A DNA stretch of 49,457 nt from an alpha proteobacterium SCGC AAA280-B11. GTDB taxonomy: Bacteria; Pseudomonadota; Alphaproteobacteria; Pelagibacterales; Pelagibacteraceae. Shown here in pieces: positions 30,186 to 40,237 of this stretch. The DNA is taken from NCBI GenBank assembly GCA_000371745.1, contig AQUH01000003.1, positions 1 through 49,457 on the forward strand. Reading direction: 5' to 3'. The notes under the pieces are model-generated. The model made no database searches and was not told the DNA's origin. It saw only the letters and a program-made list of their open reading frames with translations. Numbering within the stretch: the stretch's first letter is position 1; each line of letters opens with the position of its first letter. The position numbers and the translations under genes were made by a program.

Positions 30186-30959
30186 ATGGAACGAAATCTC
30201 CAAGCTGCATTTAACGATAAAACCTTTTTAGAAAGTCCAGAGGGAAGATCGATAAGAATTCTATCTGAATATGAGAGAGTTAAATCTATTCTGGAGCAAC
30301 ACAAAATAATGGATACTATTACTTTTTTTGGTAGTGCAAGATCAACTCCTAAAGATAAGAATAATATTAATTCAACCGAAGTAGATCATGAAAATTCAGA
30401 ATATTATGAACAAGCAAAAGCTTTATCTTTCAAATTTACAAAATGGGCAGAAGAATTTTCAAAAGATCATAATCGTTTTGTGGTTGCAACAGGAGGTGGT
30501 CCTGGAATAATGGAGGCTGCAAATCGTGGTGCGATTGAAGGTAAGGGCAAAAGTATAGGTTTTGGAATTAGATTGCCAGTTGAGCAAAAAAATAACGAAT
30601 ACTTAACTCCAGATTTAAGTTTTCAGTTTCATTATTTTTTTATGAGAAAATTTTTTCTAACTTTTCTTGCAAAAGCAACCATTATGTTTCCAGGCGGATA
30701 TGGTACCCTAGATGAATTAGGCGAGGTATTAACATTAAAACAAACCGGTCGAATTCAAACGCCGATGCCTATTGTTTTAATTGGTAAAAAATATTGGAAC
30801 AGCGCAATTAATTTTAATTATTTTTATGAAAAAAAAATGATTGATAAAGAAGATTTAAATCTTTTTCTAATTACTGATTACATTGACCAGGCTTTTATTT
30901 TTATATCCTGTATCTTAAAAGAAAAATGTTTAGATAATCCCGCTATTCACAATATTTAA
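30186..30959 (+). CDS. LOG family nucleoside-monophosphate phosphoribohydrolase
   Basis: FFGSAR, TGGGPGIMEAANRGA, FHYFFMRK, PGGYGTLDE. Confidence 0.92.
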   Translation: MERNLQAAFNDKTFLESPEGRSIRILSEYERVKSILEQHKIMDTITFFGSARSTPKDKNNINSTEVDHENSEYYEQAKALSFKFTKWAEEFSKDHNRFVVATGGGPGIMEAANRGAIEGKGKSIGFGIRLPVEQKNNEYLTPDLSFQFHYFFMRKFFLTFLAKATIMFPGGYGTLDELGEVLTLKQTGRIQTPMPIVLIGKKYWNSAINFNYFYEKKMIDKEDLNLFLITDYIDQAFIFISCILKEKCLDNPAIHNI

Positions 30960-30975
30960 ACTTTAAAAAATATTA

Positions 30976-31920
30976 TTAATATCCTTTTAAAGTATTTATA
31001 AATTTTGGAATTTTTCCTGATCTTCGATAATTTTTAATATTATTTGCAACGATTAAAGTTGCAGTCTCATAATCTGTATTAGCAGAAATATGAGGGAGAA
31101 TAGTAACTCTAGGATGCTTCCACAAAACATGTTCTTTAGGTAGTGGTTCCTTTTCAAAAACATCAAGCACAGCATGTTTAATGTTTCCTGAATTTAAATG
31201 TTTCACCAGATCAATCGTTTTTATTATCGGGCCTCTTGCAAAGTTAATGATTGAAGCTCCTTTTTTTAAATAAGATAATTTTTTATAGTTTAGTAAATAT
31301 TTAGTTTTTTTAGTTAAGGGAATTAAACAGACTAAAATATCTGTCATTTTTAACATTTTTTTTAAACCTCTTTCACCTGTAAAACATTTAATTCTTTTTA
31401 TATTTTTTTTGGTCCTACTCCATCCGCAAACATTAAATCCATTATTTAATATTTTTAAAGCTGCCAATTTTCCTAATTGTCCTAATCCTAAAAAGCTAAC
31501 AGTCTTATGAGATGGCTTAATATAAAAATTTTCTTTCCAAATACTTCTGTTTTGCTGCGCTTTATAAAGAGGCATATCGCGATGTAAGTATAAAACCCAA
31601 GACAGTGCAGCCTCTGACATTGTTCTGCTCATCTCCGGATCTATTAATCGGACAATCTTAATTTGATCATCCTTAAATCTGCTGACTAATCTTTCAACAC
31701 CAGCCCAAATACTCTGAATCCATACTAAGTTACTAAGTTTATTTACGTCATCTGGTTTTGGATTTGCAACAATTGCGAGTTTAATATTTTTATACTCTGA
31801 TTTTTTAACTTCTGAAAAATTTACAATTTTTTCCTTTGGCATCTTTTTAGATAAAGCTTTAATCCAATGCTTAATCTGTTGCTTGGGAAGAGTTGATATA
31901 AAAGGAACAATTGGTTTCAT
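30976..31920 (-). CDS. ghrA: Glyoxylate/hydroxypyruvate reductase A-like D-2-hydroxyacid dehydrogenase
   Basis: WAGVE, GLGQLG, GWSR, INFARG, LDVFEKEPL, PHIS. Confidence 0.85.
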   Translation of the reverse strand: MKPIVPFISTLPKQQIKHWIKALSKKMPKEKIVNFSEVKKSEYKNIKLAIVANPKPDDVNKLSNLVWIQSIWAGVERLVSRFKDDQIKIVRLIDPEMSRTMSEAALSWVLYLHRDMPLYKAQQNRSIWKENFYIKPSHKTVSFLGLGQLGKLAALKILNNGFNVCGWSRTKKNIKRIKCFTGERGLKKMLKMTDILVCLIPLTKKTKYLLNYKKLSYLKKGASIINFARGPIIKTIDLVKHLNSGNIKHAVLDVFEKEPLPKEHVLWKHPRVTILPHISANTDYETATLIVANNIKNYRRSGKIPKFINTLKGY

Positions 31921-31942
31921 TAAAAATATTTATGTAATATAA

Positions 31943-31971
31943 TTGACATCAAAATAACATAAAATTAATTT
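31943..31971 (+). promoter_or_regulatory. Sigma70-like promoter for the MBL-fold gene
   Basis: TTGACA (31943-48), 17 nt, then TAATTT (31966-71), 15 nt upstream of ATG 31987. Confidence 0.5.
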
Positions 31972-31986
31972 AAAAAATTAAAATTA

Positions 31987-33102
31987 ATGAACGCTTTTAA
32001 AAATAAAAGAAATTTTTTTAGAACGATTAAAGATAAAACTTTATCTTTATTCTTAATTGTACTTGCAAGTTGCACCTCATCTTCAGTTCAAAACAGAAGT
32101 CAAACTTCCATAGATTCAAGACGTGAGGAAGAATATATTAGACCTTACCATCACTTGCCTGATGGCACTTTTAGAAACCCTGAGGGAAGTATTGAGCGTG
32201 AAGATTATGACTTTCCATGGATCAAATTCACTAAAGAAAGAATGGCTATAAAAGTAAATATTCCTAAAGACCACGTAATAAAAAAAGAAGAAGCTATTAC
32301 TCAGCTGAATACTCTTGAAAACGAAGATACAATTACATGGATTGGGCATGCAACTTTTTTAATTAGAATTGGTGACAAAACTATAATTACAGATCCTTTC
32401 TTTTCCCCTAATGCAGGTCCGGTAGAACTAGGTCCTAGAAGATACGTTGATCCTGGGATACCTTTATCAAAGCTACCAAAAATAGATTTAGTTCTAACAA
32501 CTCATAATCATTATGATCACTTAGATACTGATACGACAAAAAATTTTCCATTTAAAAAAGCAAAAGTTGTTGTTCCTTTAAAACTTGGAAGTTTTTATAA
32601 AGAGTTTGGATTTAAGGATGTGACAGAATTAGATTGGCACAAAAATATTTATTTTGACGGTGTTAAAATTACATTACTCCCTGCAATTCACTGGTCAAAA
32701 CGTCAATTATTTGATCGCAACAAAACATTGTGGGGAAGTTTTTTAATAGAATATCGTGGCAGAAAATTATTATTCTGTTGTGACACTGCAATGGGTGAAG
32801 TTTATAAAAAAATTGGCAGAGAATATGGTGCTGTAGATATCGCCTTTATAAATATTGGTGCTTACCAACCTAAGGACATCATGAAATACTCCCATGCCTC
32901 TCCAGAGGAGGCCCTTGAAATTGGCAGAAATTTAAAAGCTAAAAAAGTTATCGGCACGCACTGGGGAACTATTGTGATGTCTTTGGAAGATCCTTTTGAA
33001 CCTCCTATAAAATTTAAAGAAAATGCTAGAAATTTTGGTTATGATGAAAAGGATGCTGTTGTCTTTAAAATTGGGGAAACTAAGTTGATAAAAGAAATTT
33101 AA
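31987..33102 (+). CDS. MBL-fold metallo-hydrolase (NAPE-PLD/RomA-like), probable lipoprotein
   Basis: WIGHAT, TDPFF, THNHYDHLD, HWS.R, IGAY.P, HWGT; lipobox LASC. Confidence 0.88.
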   Translation: MNAFKNKRNFFRTIKDKTLSLFLIVLASCTSSSVQNRSQTSIDSRREEEYIRPYHHLPDGTFRNPEGSIEREDYDFPWIKFTKERMAIKVNIPKDHVIKKEEAITQLNTLENEDTITWIGHATFLIRIGDKTIITDPFFSPNAGPVELGPRRYVDPGIPLSKLPKIDLVLTTHNHYDHLDTDTTKNFPFKKAKVVVPLKLGSFYKEFGFKDVTELDWHKNIYFDGVKITLLPAIHWSKRQLFDRNKTLWGSFLIEYRGRKLLFCCDTAMGEVYKKIGREYGAVDIAFINIGAYQPKDIMKYSHASPEEALEIGRNLKAKKVIGTHWGTIVMSLEDPFEPPIKFKENARNFGYDEKDAVVFKIGETKLIKEI

Positions 33103-33142
33103 GTTAAAATATTTTACAAAAATACAACAGTAAGTCTATTTC

Positions 33143-34234
33143 ATGAGTTTATCTTTAGAAAAAAAACAAAAAAATTTCTTTGATTTCAATTATCAAGATC
33201 TAAAACAATTCTTATCTAAAGATCTCAATATAGAAGAAAAAAAAATATCGATGCGAGCCAAACAATTATGGCAATCGATATATAAAAAAGGATTAGTGGA
33301 AATTAATAATTTATCTAATTTTCCAATCGAACTTCGCTCCCAATTAAACAGTTTAATATCATTACAAAAACCTAAAATTATCAAAACACAAAAATCAAAT
33401 GATGGAACGATTAAGTGGCTTATTCAATTGCATGACGGTAATGAAGTGGAATGCGTTTTTATTCCTGAAAAAACAAGAGGTACTTTATGTATTTCATCAC
33501 AAGTTGGTTGCACTCTTAACTGCAGATTTTGTCATACCGGAACACAAAGATTAGTTAAAAATCTAAACTTTTCTGAAATAATTTACCAAGTGATGGTTGC
33601 TAAAGAACAGCTTAATGATTGGCAAGAACAAAAAAAAATTACCAACATTGTATTAATGGGAATGGGAGAGCCTTTTTATAATTACGATAATGTAAAAATT
33701 GCAGTTGAAATTTTAAATGACAAAGATGGTCTTAATTATGGAAAGAAAAAAATTACCGTTTCAACAGCTGGAATTGCTGACAAAATTAGCTTAGCTGCAA
33801 AAGAGATTGGAACGTATCTTGCTTTATCACTACATGCGCCCACTGATGAGATACGTGAATTAATTATGCCTATTAATAAAAAATTTAAAATTAAGGATCT
33901 TGTCGAGCAGTGTAAAGATTATGCTAAAATCACTAAAGAAAAAATTACCTTAGAGTATGTAATGCTAAGAGGAATTAATGATTCTGAAACCTGTGCTAAA
34001 CAACTTACAAAAATTATGGCTCAGTTCCCATGCAAGGTTAATTTGATTGAATTTAATCCTTGGCCTGGAGTTAATTATTTACCAACAGAAAGAAATGATA
34101 TGGAAAAATTTTCTAAAATCATTCAAGATGCTGGTTATGTTTCAACGATTCGAAGATCTAGAGGACAAGATATTCTTGGGGCATGTGGTCAGCTTAGAAC
34201 CGAAAGTGAGAGAAAAAAAACTACCTATCAATAA
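33143..34234 (+). CDS. rlmN: 23S rRNA m2A2503 / tRNA m2A37 radical SAM methyltransferase
   Basis: CISSQVGCTLNCRFC, MGMGEP, SLHAP, GACGQL. Confidence 0.97.
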   Translation: MSLSLEKKQKNFFDFNYQDLKQFLSKDLNIEEKKISMRAKQLWQSIYKKGLVEINNLSNFPIELRSQLNSLISLQKPKIIKTQKSNDGTIKWLIQLHDGNEVECVFIPEKTRGTLCISSQVGCTLNCRFCHTGTQRLVKNLNFSEIIYQVMVAKEQLNDWQEQKKITNIVLMGMGEPFYNYDNVKIAVEILNDKDGLNYGKKKITVSTAGIADKISLAAKEIGTYLALSLHAPTDEIRELIMPINKKFKIKDLVEQCKDYAKITKEKITLEYVMLRGINDSETCAKQLTKIMAQFPCKVNLIEFNPWPGVNYLPTERNDMEKFSKIIQDAGYVSTIRRSRGQDILGACGQLRTESERKKTTYQ

Positions 34235-34448
34235 CTCGATTTAAAACAATTCTTGCAATTTTCCCCATAAAAAAAGCTGGGATAAGTGCAATAAAAAAAG
34301 CGGGCACCCAAGATTTAATCCAAATTGAAAAAAAATGATCTACAAACCCCATATTCATTAATGAAATGACAAACGACATCATAAAACTCATGCCGAAAGC
34401 CATGATCACAGTAAAGATGTAGGGTTCAAATTTCTTATTTATTTTCAC
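34221..34448 (-). CDS. Small two-TM protein (DUF2798-like)
   Basis: MSFMMSFVISLMNMG...FFSIWIKSWVPAF pattern; GTG start. Confidence 0.7.
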   Translation of the reverse strand: MKINKKFEPYIFTVIMAFGMSFMMSFVISLMNMGFVDHFFSIWIKSWVPAFFIALIPAFFMGKIARIVLNRVIDR

Positions 34449-34506
34449 GATAATATCTAGTTAGAATTAGTTTAATAAAGAATCTGTTATAATTGTCAAA
34501 TTCATT

Positions 34507-34614
34507 ATGAAAAGAAATCCTGTTGCTAAAGCATTACGCACTCCAAAATTCAAAAAAAGAATTATTAAAAATAAAAAAAAATATAATAGAAAAAAGATTA
34601 ATAAACTATTATAA
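34507..34614 (+). CDS. 35-aa basic micro-protein, ArfA-like (MKRNPVAKALRTPKFKKRIIKNKKKYNRKKINKLL)
   Basis: ORF fills the gap between the DUF2798-like and PLD genes; extended -10 TGnTATAAT at 34485-34493; pattern resembles the ArfA core. Confidence 0.7.
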   Translation: MKRNPVAKALRTPKFKKRIIKNKKKYNRKKINKLL

Positions 34615-34618
34615 AATT

Positions 34619-35122
34619 TTATTCTTTAATATTTCTAGACACTGCAGCTCGTTTTTCCCAGTTTGAAATATATTTTTTAGCTATGATCGGGTCATCTAAA
34701 ATAATTAAAACATTTTCAGCGTTTCTTTCTTGTGCAGATTTTGTAAAATTAAAACTGCCTGTAATAATATTCTTTCCATCAATAATCATCACTTTATTGT
34801 GAGCAATAGCAACTTTACTATCTATTAATATTTCAATATCTTTAGCCGTTAAATATCTAGCTCCATCTCCCTGTTTTGTTTCATTCACTTTATCTAGAAT
34901 CATTTTAATTTCGATACCTCTAGATTTAGCATTGGCGATTGCTTCAATTATTGGTTTGCTAGTAAGGCCGTAAGCCTGAATGTAAACAGATGTCTTTGCT
35001 TGATTGATTTGTTTTACAATTAAATCAGTGCAATTTTCGCCTGGAGTAAAACAAGTAATAAGTTCGCCAGCGAAAAGAGGTTTTGATAATAAAATAAAAA
35101 AAAATAAAATTATTTTTTTCAT
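34619..35122 (-). CDS. Phospholipase D superfamily Nuc-like protein (single HKD), secreted
   Basis: Signal peptide; CFTPG; HNKVMIID...TGSFNFT...NAEN. Confidence 0.9.
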   Translation of the reverse strand: MKKIILFFFILLSKPLFAGELITCFTPGENCTDLIVKQINQAKTSVYIQAYGLTSKPIIEAIANAKSRGIEIKMILDKVNETKQGDGARYLTAKDIEILIDSKVAIAHNKVMIIDGKNIITGSFNFTKSAQERNAENVLIILDDPIIAKKYISNWEKRAAVSRNIKE

Positions 35123-36628
35123 TTAAAATATTGCAGATTTTTTTCTATTAACACTTTGAATTTTTTCAATTACTTCAATATTTAATTGATCTAGTTCTTT
35201 GTTTTTAAGACTTCTTAAATTTTGAACAGCTTCTAAAAATCTTTCTGATTCAGATTTTGAAATAATGTCCTTAGTTAGTGTTCTAAATTTTTCTACATAA
35301 TTCTTTCTTTCAAAAGGGCGCTTACCCCAAGGATTTGCATCAGCAATCCCCAATTCATCTTCAATTTTACTACCATCATTCATCTTAATAATTACTCTTC
35401 CACCAAAACATTTCTTTTTCGGATCTTTGTCGTGATATTTTTTAGTCCATTCTTTATCTTCAAATGTTTTTATTTTTTTCCAAAGTGTAACGGTGCTTTG
35501 TTTTTTCGCTCGTTGTGGAGTATAAGAATCTTCGTGATGCCACTTTCCATCTTCTAGAGCAACTGCAAAAATATACATAATGGAATGATCTAATGTTTCT
35601 CTACTTGCATTTGGATCCATTTTTTGAGGATCGTTAGCACCTGTGCCGATAACGTAATGAGTATGATGAGAGGTATGAATTTCAATACTTTCTATTTTGG
35701 AAAAATCTTTAATTTTTGTTCTCATATCACGAGCTAAATCTATTAAAGCTTGCGCTTGATATTCTGCTGAATGTTCTTTTGTGTATGTTTCTAAAATTAC
35801 TTTTTTAGACTCGCCTTGATCTGGAAGCGGAACAATATATTCTGCATCGGGTCCTGATAAAATTCTAGCAATAACACTATCTTCTCCTTCATAAATTGGA
35901 TTAGGAGCTCTTTCTCCTCTCATACAACGATCAACCGCTTCTATAGCAAGTTTTCCAGCATGTGCAGGAGCAAAAGCTTTCCAGCTAGAGATATCTCCTT
36001 TTCTAGATTGTCGAGTTGATATGGTTGTGTGCAGAGCTTGCTGTACCGCTTGATAAATAGTTTCAGTATCTAATTTTAATAACGATCCCAATCCTGCTGC
36101 AACGCTTGGTCCTAAATGAGCGATATGATCAATTTTATGTTCGTGAAGACAAATTCCTTTTACTAAATTCACCTGTATTTCATAGCCCGTTAAAATTCCT
36201 CGAATTAAATCCATTCCATTTAATTCTTTTTGCTGAGCGACCGCTAGAATAGCTGGAATATTATCTCCTGGATGACTGTAATCTGCTGCTAAAAAGGTAT
36301 CGTGAAAATCTAACTCTCTAACGGCAGTACCATTGGCCCATGCTGCCCATTCACAATCAAATTTTTTTTTAGAATTAATTCCAAAAACTGTAGCACCATT
36401 TGCTCTTGGATGTGCTAATGCCATTTCTCTTGCAGTTATAACAGCTTGTCTTGAAAAAGAAGCTATTGCGACAGAAGCATTATCAATAATTCTATTAATA
36501 ACCATATCGACAGCTTTTTCATCGAGCGGTGGATTATCATTTGCAACTTTTGCTATTCTGTAAGCAAGTTGATCTTCTTTTGGTAAATTTATTTTTGATG
36601 GGTAAACTTTAACTTTAAATTCTTTCAA
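35123..36628 (-). CDS. prpD: 2-methylcitrate dehydratase (MmgE/PrpD)
   Basis: [38 protein letters not shown]; TTG start. Confidence 0.92.
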   Translation of the reverse strand: MKEFKVKVYPSKINLPKEDQLAYRIAKVANDNPPLDEKAVDMVINRIIDNASVAIASFSRQAVITAREMALAHPRANGATVFGINSKKKFDCEWAAWANGTAVRELDFHDTFLAADYSHPGDNIPAILAVAQQKELNGMDLIRGILTGYEIQVNLVKGICLHEHKIDHIAHLGPSVAAGLGSLLKLDTETIYQAVQQALHTTISTRQSRKGDISSWKAFAPAHAGKLAIEAVDRCMRGERAPNPIYEGEDSVIARILSGPDAEYIVPLPDQGESKKVILETYTKEHSAEYQAQALIDLARDMRTKIKDFSKIESIEIHTSHHTHYVIGTGANDPQKMDPNASRETLDHSIMYIFAVALEDGKWHHEDSYTPQRAKKQSTVTLWKKIKTFEDKEWTKKYHDKDPKKKCFGGRVIIKMNDGSKIEDELGIADANPWGKRPFERKNYVEKFRTLTKDIISKSESERFLEAVQNLRSLKNKELDQLNIEVIEKIQSVNRKKSAIF

Positions 36629-36670
36629 GATAATTTCTTATAATGTTTAAAGTATTAAATAACAATATTG

Positions 36671-37108
36671 TTAATTAATTCTTTTAATACTTAAAACTTT
36701 ATCCCCTGTTTTAATATTATTATCTTTAAACCAGCCTTGATTAACTTCTAAGGCAAGAACAACAGGACTTCCTGAACAATGTTCTTTTTCTGTTAAAGGT
36801 TGCATGTCTTCTATTTTAACAATCATGTTTTCTTTATTAATAAAAGCAATTGATAAAGGAATTTTTGTATCTTTCATCCAAAAGCATGGGGTCGATCCAT
36901 CTTCAAACAAAAATAACATTCCCTGATCTTTTCCTAAAGTATCTCGATGCATTAAGCCTTCTTCTTGCTCTTCATCTGTTTCTGCAATTTCTGCAATTAA
37001 AGTTTTTGAACCAATCTCAATTTTAACTTTTGATAATGCTAATTGTGCAACCGAATGATTTGTGAATAAAAAAATAAAAATTAGAACTTTTGTAAATTGT
37101 TTTATCAT
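36671..37108 (-). CDS. DUF192 family protein, exported
   Basis: Signal peptide, GLMHR, GMLF, FWMKDT.IPLSIAF, LEVNQG. Confidence 0.9.
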   Translation of the reverse strand: MIKQFTKVLIFIFLFTNHSVAQLALSKVKIEIGSKTLIAEIAETDEEQEEGLMHRDTLGKDQGMLFLFEDGSTPCFWMKDTKIPLSIAFINKENMIVKIEDMQPLTEKEHCSGSPVVLALEVNQGWFKDNNIKTGDKVLSIKRIN

Positions 37109-37431
37109 CTTTTTTTACTATTTCCTTTAGATAAAGACACAGGGTATTTTATAACATTCTTCTTTAGCTTTGTGTAAAAACTTTTTTCAATATCGATATT
37201 CATTTTTTGCGAAATTCTTACTAAGTAAAAAAAAATATCAGCAATTTCATCAGCTACTTTTTGTTTATCAACTTTTTTTAAATCACTTTCTTTTAACCAT
37301 TGAAAAATCTCTACAAGTTCTGAGGCTTCAACAGATAAAGCCATGGATAAATTTTTAGGAGAATGAAATTGATCCCAATCCCTAGCTTTAACAAAGCTTT
37401 TAATTTTTTTATTAATTTTCTTTAAATCCAT
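37105..37431 (-). CDS. MazG-like nucleotide pyrophosphohydrolase (dCTP pyrophosphatase type)
   Basis: RDWDQFHSPKNL.MAL.VE..EL.EIFQW, DEIAD, KYPV. Confidence 0.92.
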   Translation of the reverse strand: MDLKKINKKIKSFVKARDWDQFHSPKNLSMALSVEASELVEIFQWLKESDLKKVDKQKVADEIADIFFYLVRISQKMNIDIEKSFYTKLKKNVIKYPVSLSKGNSKKR

Positions 37432-37458
37432 CGTAAAATAGCTATTTAATTTAATTAA

Positions 37459-37854
37459 ATGATTAAATTACACAAAAAATTTTTGAAAACTACTCATTCT
37501 ATTGCTGATTTGAACCTATGCTCTGTTCGATTAATGGACAACGCTAAGTTTCCATGGATCATTCTTATCCCAAAAAGAAAAGGTGCTAGACAAATATTAG
37601 ATCTAAATAAAAAAGATCAAATGAAACTTATGTCAGAGATCGATTACTGTAGCAGAATAATGAAAAAAAGTTTCAATGCTTATAATTTAAATGTTGAAAA
37701 AGTTGGTAATATTATTCCGCAATTGCATATTCATGTTATCGCAAGAAATAAAAAAGATAGTACTTGGCCTCTTCCAGTTTGGGTTACTAAAGCAAAGCCT
37801 TATAAAAAAAAGAAATTAGCTGAGACTATAAAAAAAATACAAAAACTTATTTAA
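37459..37854 (+). CDS. HIT family protein
   Basis: FPWIILIPK, GNIIPQLHIHVIAR, WP.PVW. Confidence 0.88.
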   Translation: MIKLHKKFLKTTHSIADLNLCSVRLMDNAKFPWIILIPKRKGARQILDLNKKDQMKLMSEIDYCSRIMKKSFNAYNLNVEKVGNIIPQLHIHVIARNKKDSTWPLPVWVTKAKPYKKKKLAETIKKIQKLI

Positions 37855-37855
37855 T

Positions 37856-38692
37856 ATGCTGAGCTACAGGCATGGATTTCATGCAGGAAATGCTGCTGAT
37901 GTTATAAAGCATTTTATACTTCTATACGTTTTAGATTATTTAAAGAAAAAAGATAAAAATTTTTTATTTATTGATGCGCATGCTGGTGCTGGAAAGTACT
38001 TACTTTCAGATTCTTTCATGCAAAAAAATAAAGAATATTTTCTTGGCATCTCCAAAATATTTAAACTAAAAAATGATGAATTTTTTTTAAAAAATTACAT
38101 AGATTTAATAAAGATTCTAAACCCTAATTCTCAAATTGAAGTTTATCCAGGATCAAGTTGGCTTGCATCACAAAGTTTAAGAAAAAATGACAGACTTCAT
38201 TTTTTTGAATTACACCCTAATGAATTTTTAAATCTTAAAAATAATTTTGAAAATGATTCAAGAATCACAATTGAAAAAGAAGACTGTTACAAAAAATTAA
38301 TAAAAATAATTCCTCCAAAAGAAAAGAGAGCAGTTATACTTATTGATCCTTCTTATGAACTTAAGGACGAATATGACAAAGTCACAAAATTAGTTTCTTC
38401 ATGTTATAAAAAATTTCCTCTCGGTATTTTTATTGTTTGGTATCCTGTTCTAAAAAATAGAAAATCAGAAGGTTTTGTCAAAAATTTTTTAGAGCTTAGT
38501 TTTAAAAATCTTACTCATATTGAAATGATAACTGATAAAACAAATAAAGGAATGCAAGGTAGCGGTTTGTTTATTATCAATACTCCATACTCAATTGTAA
38601 AAGATTTAAGTCCATCCATAGATCTTTTATTTCGTAACCTTAAAAAATCTGAAACTGAAAGTGAATTAAAATTTAATAATTGGGTTCAGTAA
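37856..38692 (+). CDS. rlmJ: 23S rRNA m6A2030 methyltransferase
   Basis: MLSYRHGFHAGN.AD..KH, HAGAG, YPGS, ELHP, IDPSYE, WYP. Confidence 0.95.
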   Translation: MLSYRHGFHAGNAADVIKHFILLYVLDYLKKKDKNFLFIDAHAGAGKYLLSDSFMQKNKEYFLGISKIFKLKNDEFFLKNYIDLIKILNPNSQIEVYPGSSWLASQSLRKNDRLHFFELHPNEFLNLKNNFENDSRITIEKEDCYKKLIKIIPPKEKRAVILIDPSYELKDEYDKVTKLVSSCYKKFPLGIFIVWYPVLKNRKSEGFVKNFLELSFKNLTHIEMITDKTNKGMQGSGLFIINTPYSIVKDLSPSIDLLFRNLKKSETESELKFNNWVQ

Positions 38693-38695
38693 TAA

Positions 38696-40075
38696 TTAAA
38701 GAAACATTCTAGCGATACCAAGGAAAGAAGCATAGCCGCAACAATCTGTAACTGTTGTTATAAAAACTCCAGCCGAAACTGCAGGGTCAATTTTTATTTT
38801 ATGCATAAAGACTGGAATACCAATTCCAGCAAGGCCTGCTGCTGTTAAATTAATAATCATTGCGACACCTATAATCGCTGAAATTCTAATGTCGCCAAAC
38901 CAAAAGTAAACAAAGAGTCCTGTAATAAAGGCAAACACAATTCCATTTAAAAGACCGGTTACAATTTCTCTATTAATAATCTTTGCTACATTTTTAAAAG
39001 TCAGCTGCTGTGAAGCAATAAGTTGAATAGTAACTGCTAAAGTTTGTGTTGCAGCATTTCCTCCTTGAGAGGCAACGATTGGCATAAGAATTGCAAGTGC
39101 AACAACTTTTTGAATTGTAAGATCAAAAATTCCTATAACCCAAGAAGCAAGAACTGCAGTTAGTAAATTAATAAATAACCATAAAAAACGTTTCTTAGAT
39201 GTTGTGATAGGATTATCGGTAATATCTTCTTCTGAACCTACACCCCCTAATCTTAGGGCATCCTCAACTGCTTCTTCTTTAATAACGTTTACAATGTCAT
39301 CTCCAGTGATCACGCCGACTAACTTTTGATCTTTATCAATAACTCCTGCTGAAATTAAATTATACTGACTAAAAATATTACCTACTTTTTCCTTATCAAG
39401 ATCAGCCTGAACTAATATTTTATTTTCATTCACAATATCTTTCATCTTAATATTTCGATCTGTTCTCAATACTCTAGACGAAGAAATAGTTCCTAATGGC
39501 TTTTGATCTTGATCAATTATGAATATTTCAAAAAATTGCTCCGGAAGATCTGTTGCATCTCTTAAATAATCAATGGTTTGTCCAACGGTCCAATTAACGT
39601 CTACCGCAACAAATTCTCGCTGCATAATTCTTGCGGCTGAGTCTCTTGGGTATTGCAATCCTAATCTAAAAAAATTCTGATCTTTTTGAGGAAGATTAAT
39701 TAATATTTGATTTCTAGATTCCTCAGGTACATTCTCAATAATTTGAAACGCATCATCAGATTCTAATTCTTTAACAATATTAGAAATAGCATCCGGTGAA
39801 AGTTGTTCTAAAATTTCTTTTTGTAAATTATCGGACAATCCTAAAACAACTTCAGGATTTAAATCTGCTGATTTATGACTAAATAGTTTTATTTGAATTT
39901 CATCTGGTAAAGTTTTAACTAAATCAGCTAAATCAGCCGGATGATATCTATCTAAGAAATCATGAACAAAAACAAAGTTGTTCTCTCTAATATTCGAAAT
40001 TAATGTGTTAGTTTCTTCTTCTGTAAATACATGCCCAGTTTTTAGTTTAGAAGAGTAAATGGCTTCTTGGGGCAT
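38696..40075 (-). CDS. mgtE: Magnesium transporter MgtE
   Basis: N-domain plus CBS pair plus 5 TMs; MPIVASQGGNAATQ, DPAVSAG.FITT.TD. Confidence 0.95.
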   Translation of the reverse strand: MPQEAIYSSKLKTGHVFTEEETNTLISNIRENNFVFVHDFLDRYHPADLADLVKTLPDEIQIKLFSHKSADLNPEVVLGLSDNLQKEILEQLSPDAISNIVKELESDDAFQIIENVPEESRNQILINLPQKDQNFFRLGLQYPRDSAARIMQREFVAVDVNWTVGQTIDYLRDATDLPEQFFEIFIIDQDQKPLGTISSSRVLRTDRNIKMKDIVNENKILVQADLDKEKVGNIFSQYNLISAGVIDKDQKLVGVITGDDIVNVIKEEAVEDALRLGGVGSEEDITDNPITTSKKRFLWLFINLLTAVLASWVIGIFDLTIQKVVALAILMPIVASQGGNAATQTLAVTIQLIASQQLTFKNVAKIINREIVTGLLNGIVFAFITGLFVYFWFGDIRISAIIGVAMIINLTAAGLAGIGIPVFMHKIKIDPAVSAGVFITTVTDCCGYASFLGIARMFL

Positions 40076-40150
40076 GAAAATCTCACATTTAGGTTCTGCT
40101 ACTACCTATAATGAATTTACTTAAAAAAAAAGCTTATTTTTTATAAAAAA

Positions 40151-40237
40151 TTAATACTGCTTCTTTGATCTAGATTCTTTTGGAGCAGTACTTTTTGGCT
40201 TTTTTTTTTCCCTTTTGCTATCGTGACTTTTTCCCAT
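40151..40237 (-). CDS. Putative 28-aa basic micro-protein MGKSHDSKREKKKPKSTAPKESRSKKQY
   Basis: ATG-TAA ORF, more GC-rich than its flanks; TATAAT 10 nt upstream of the ATG; 75 nt upstream of mgtE on the same strand. Confidence 0.55.
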   Translation of the reverse strand: MGKSHDSKREKKKPKSTAPKESRSKKQY

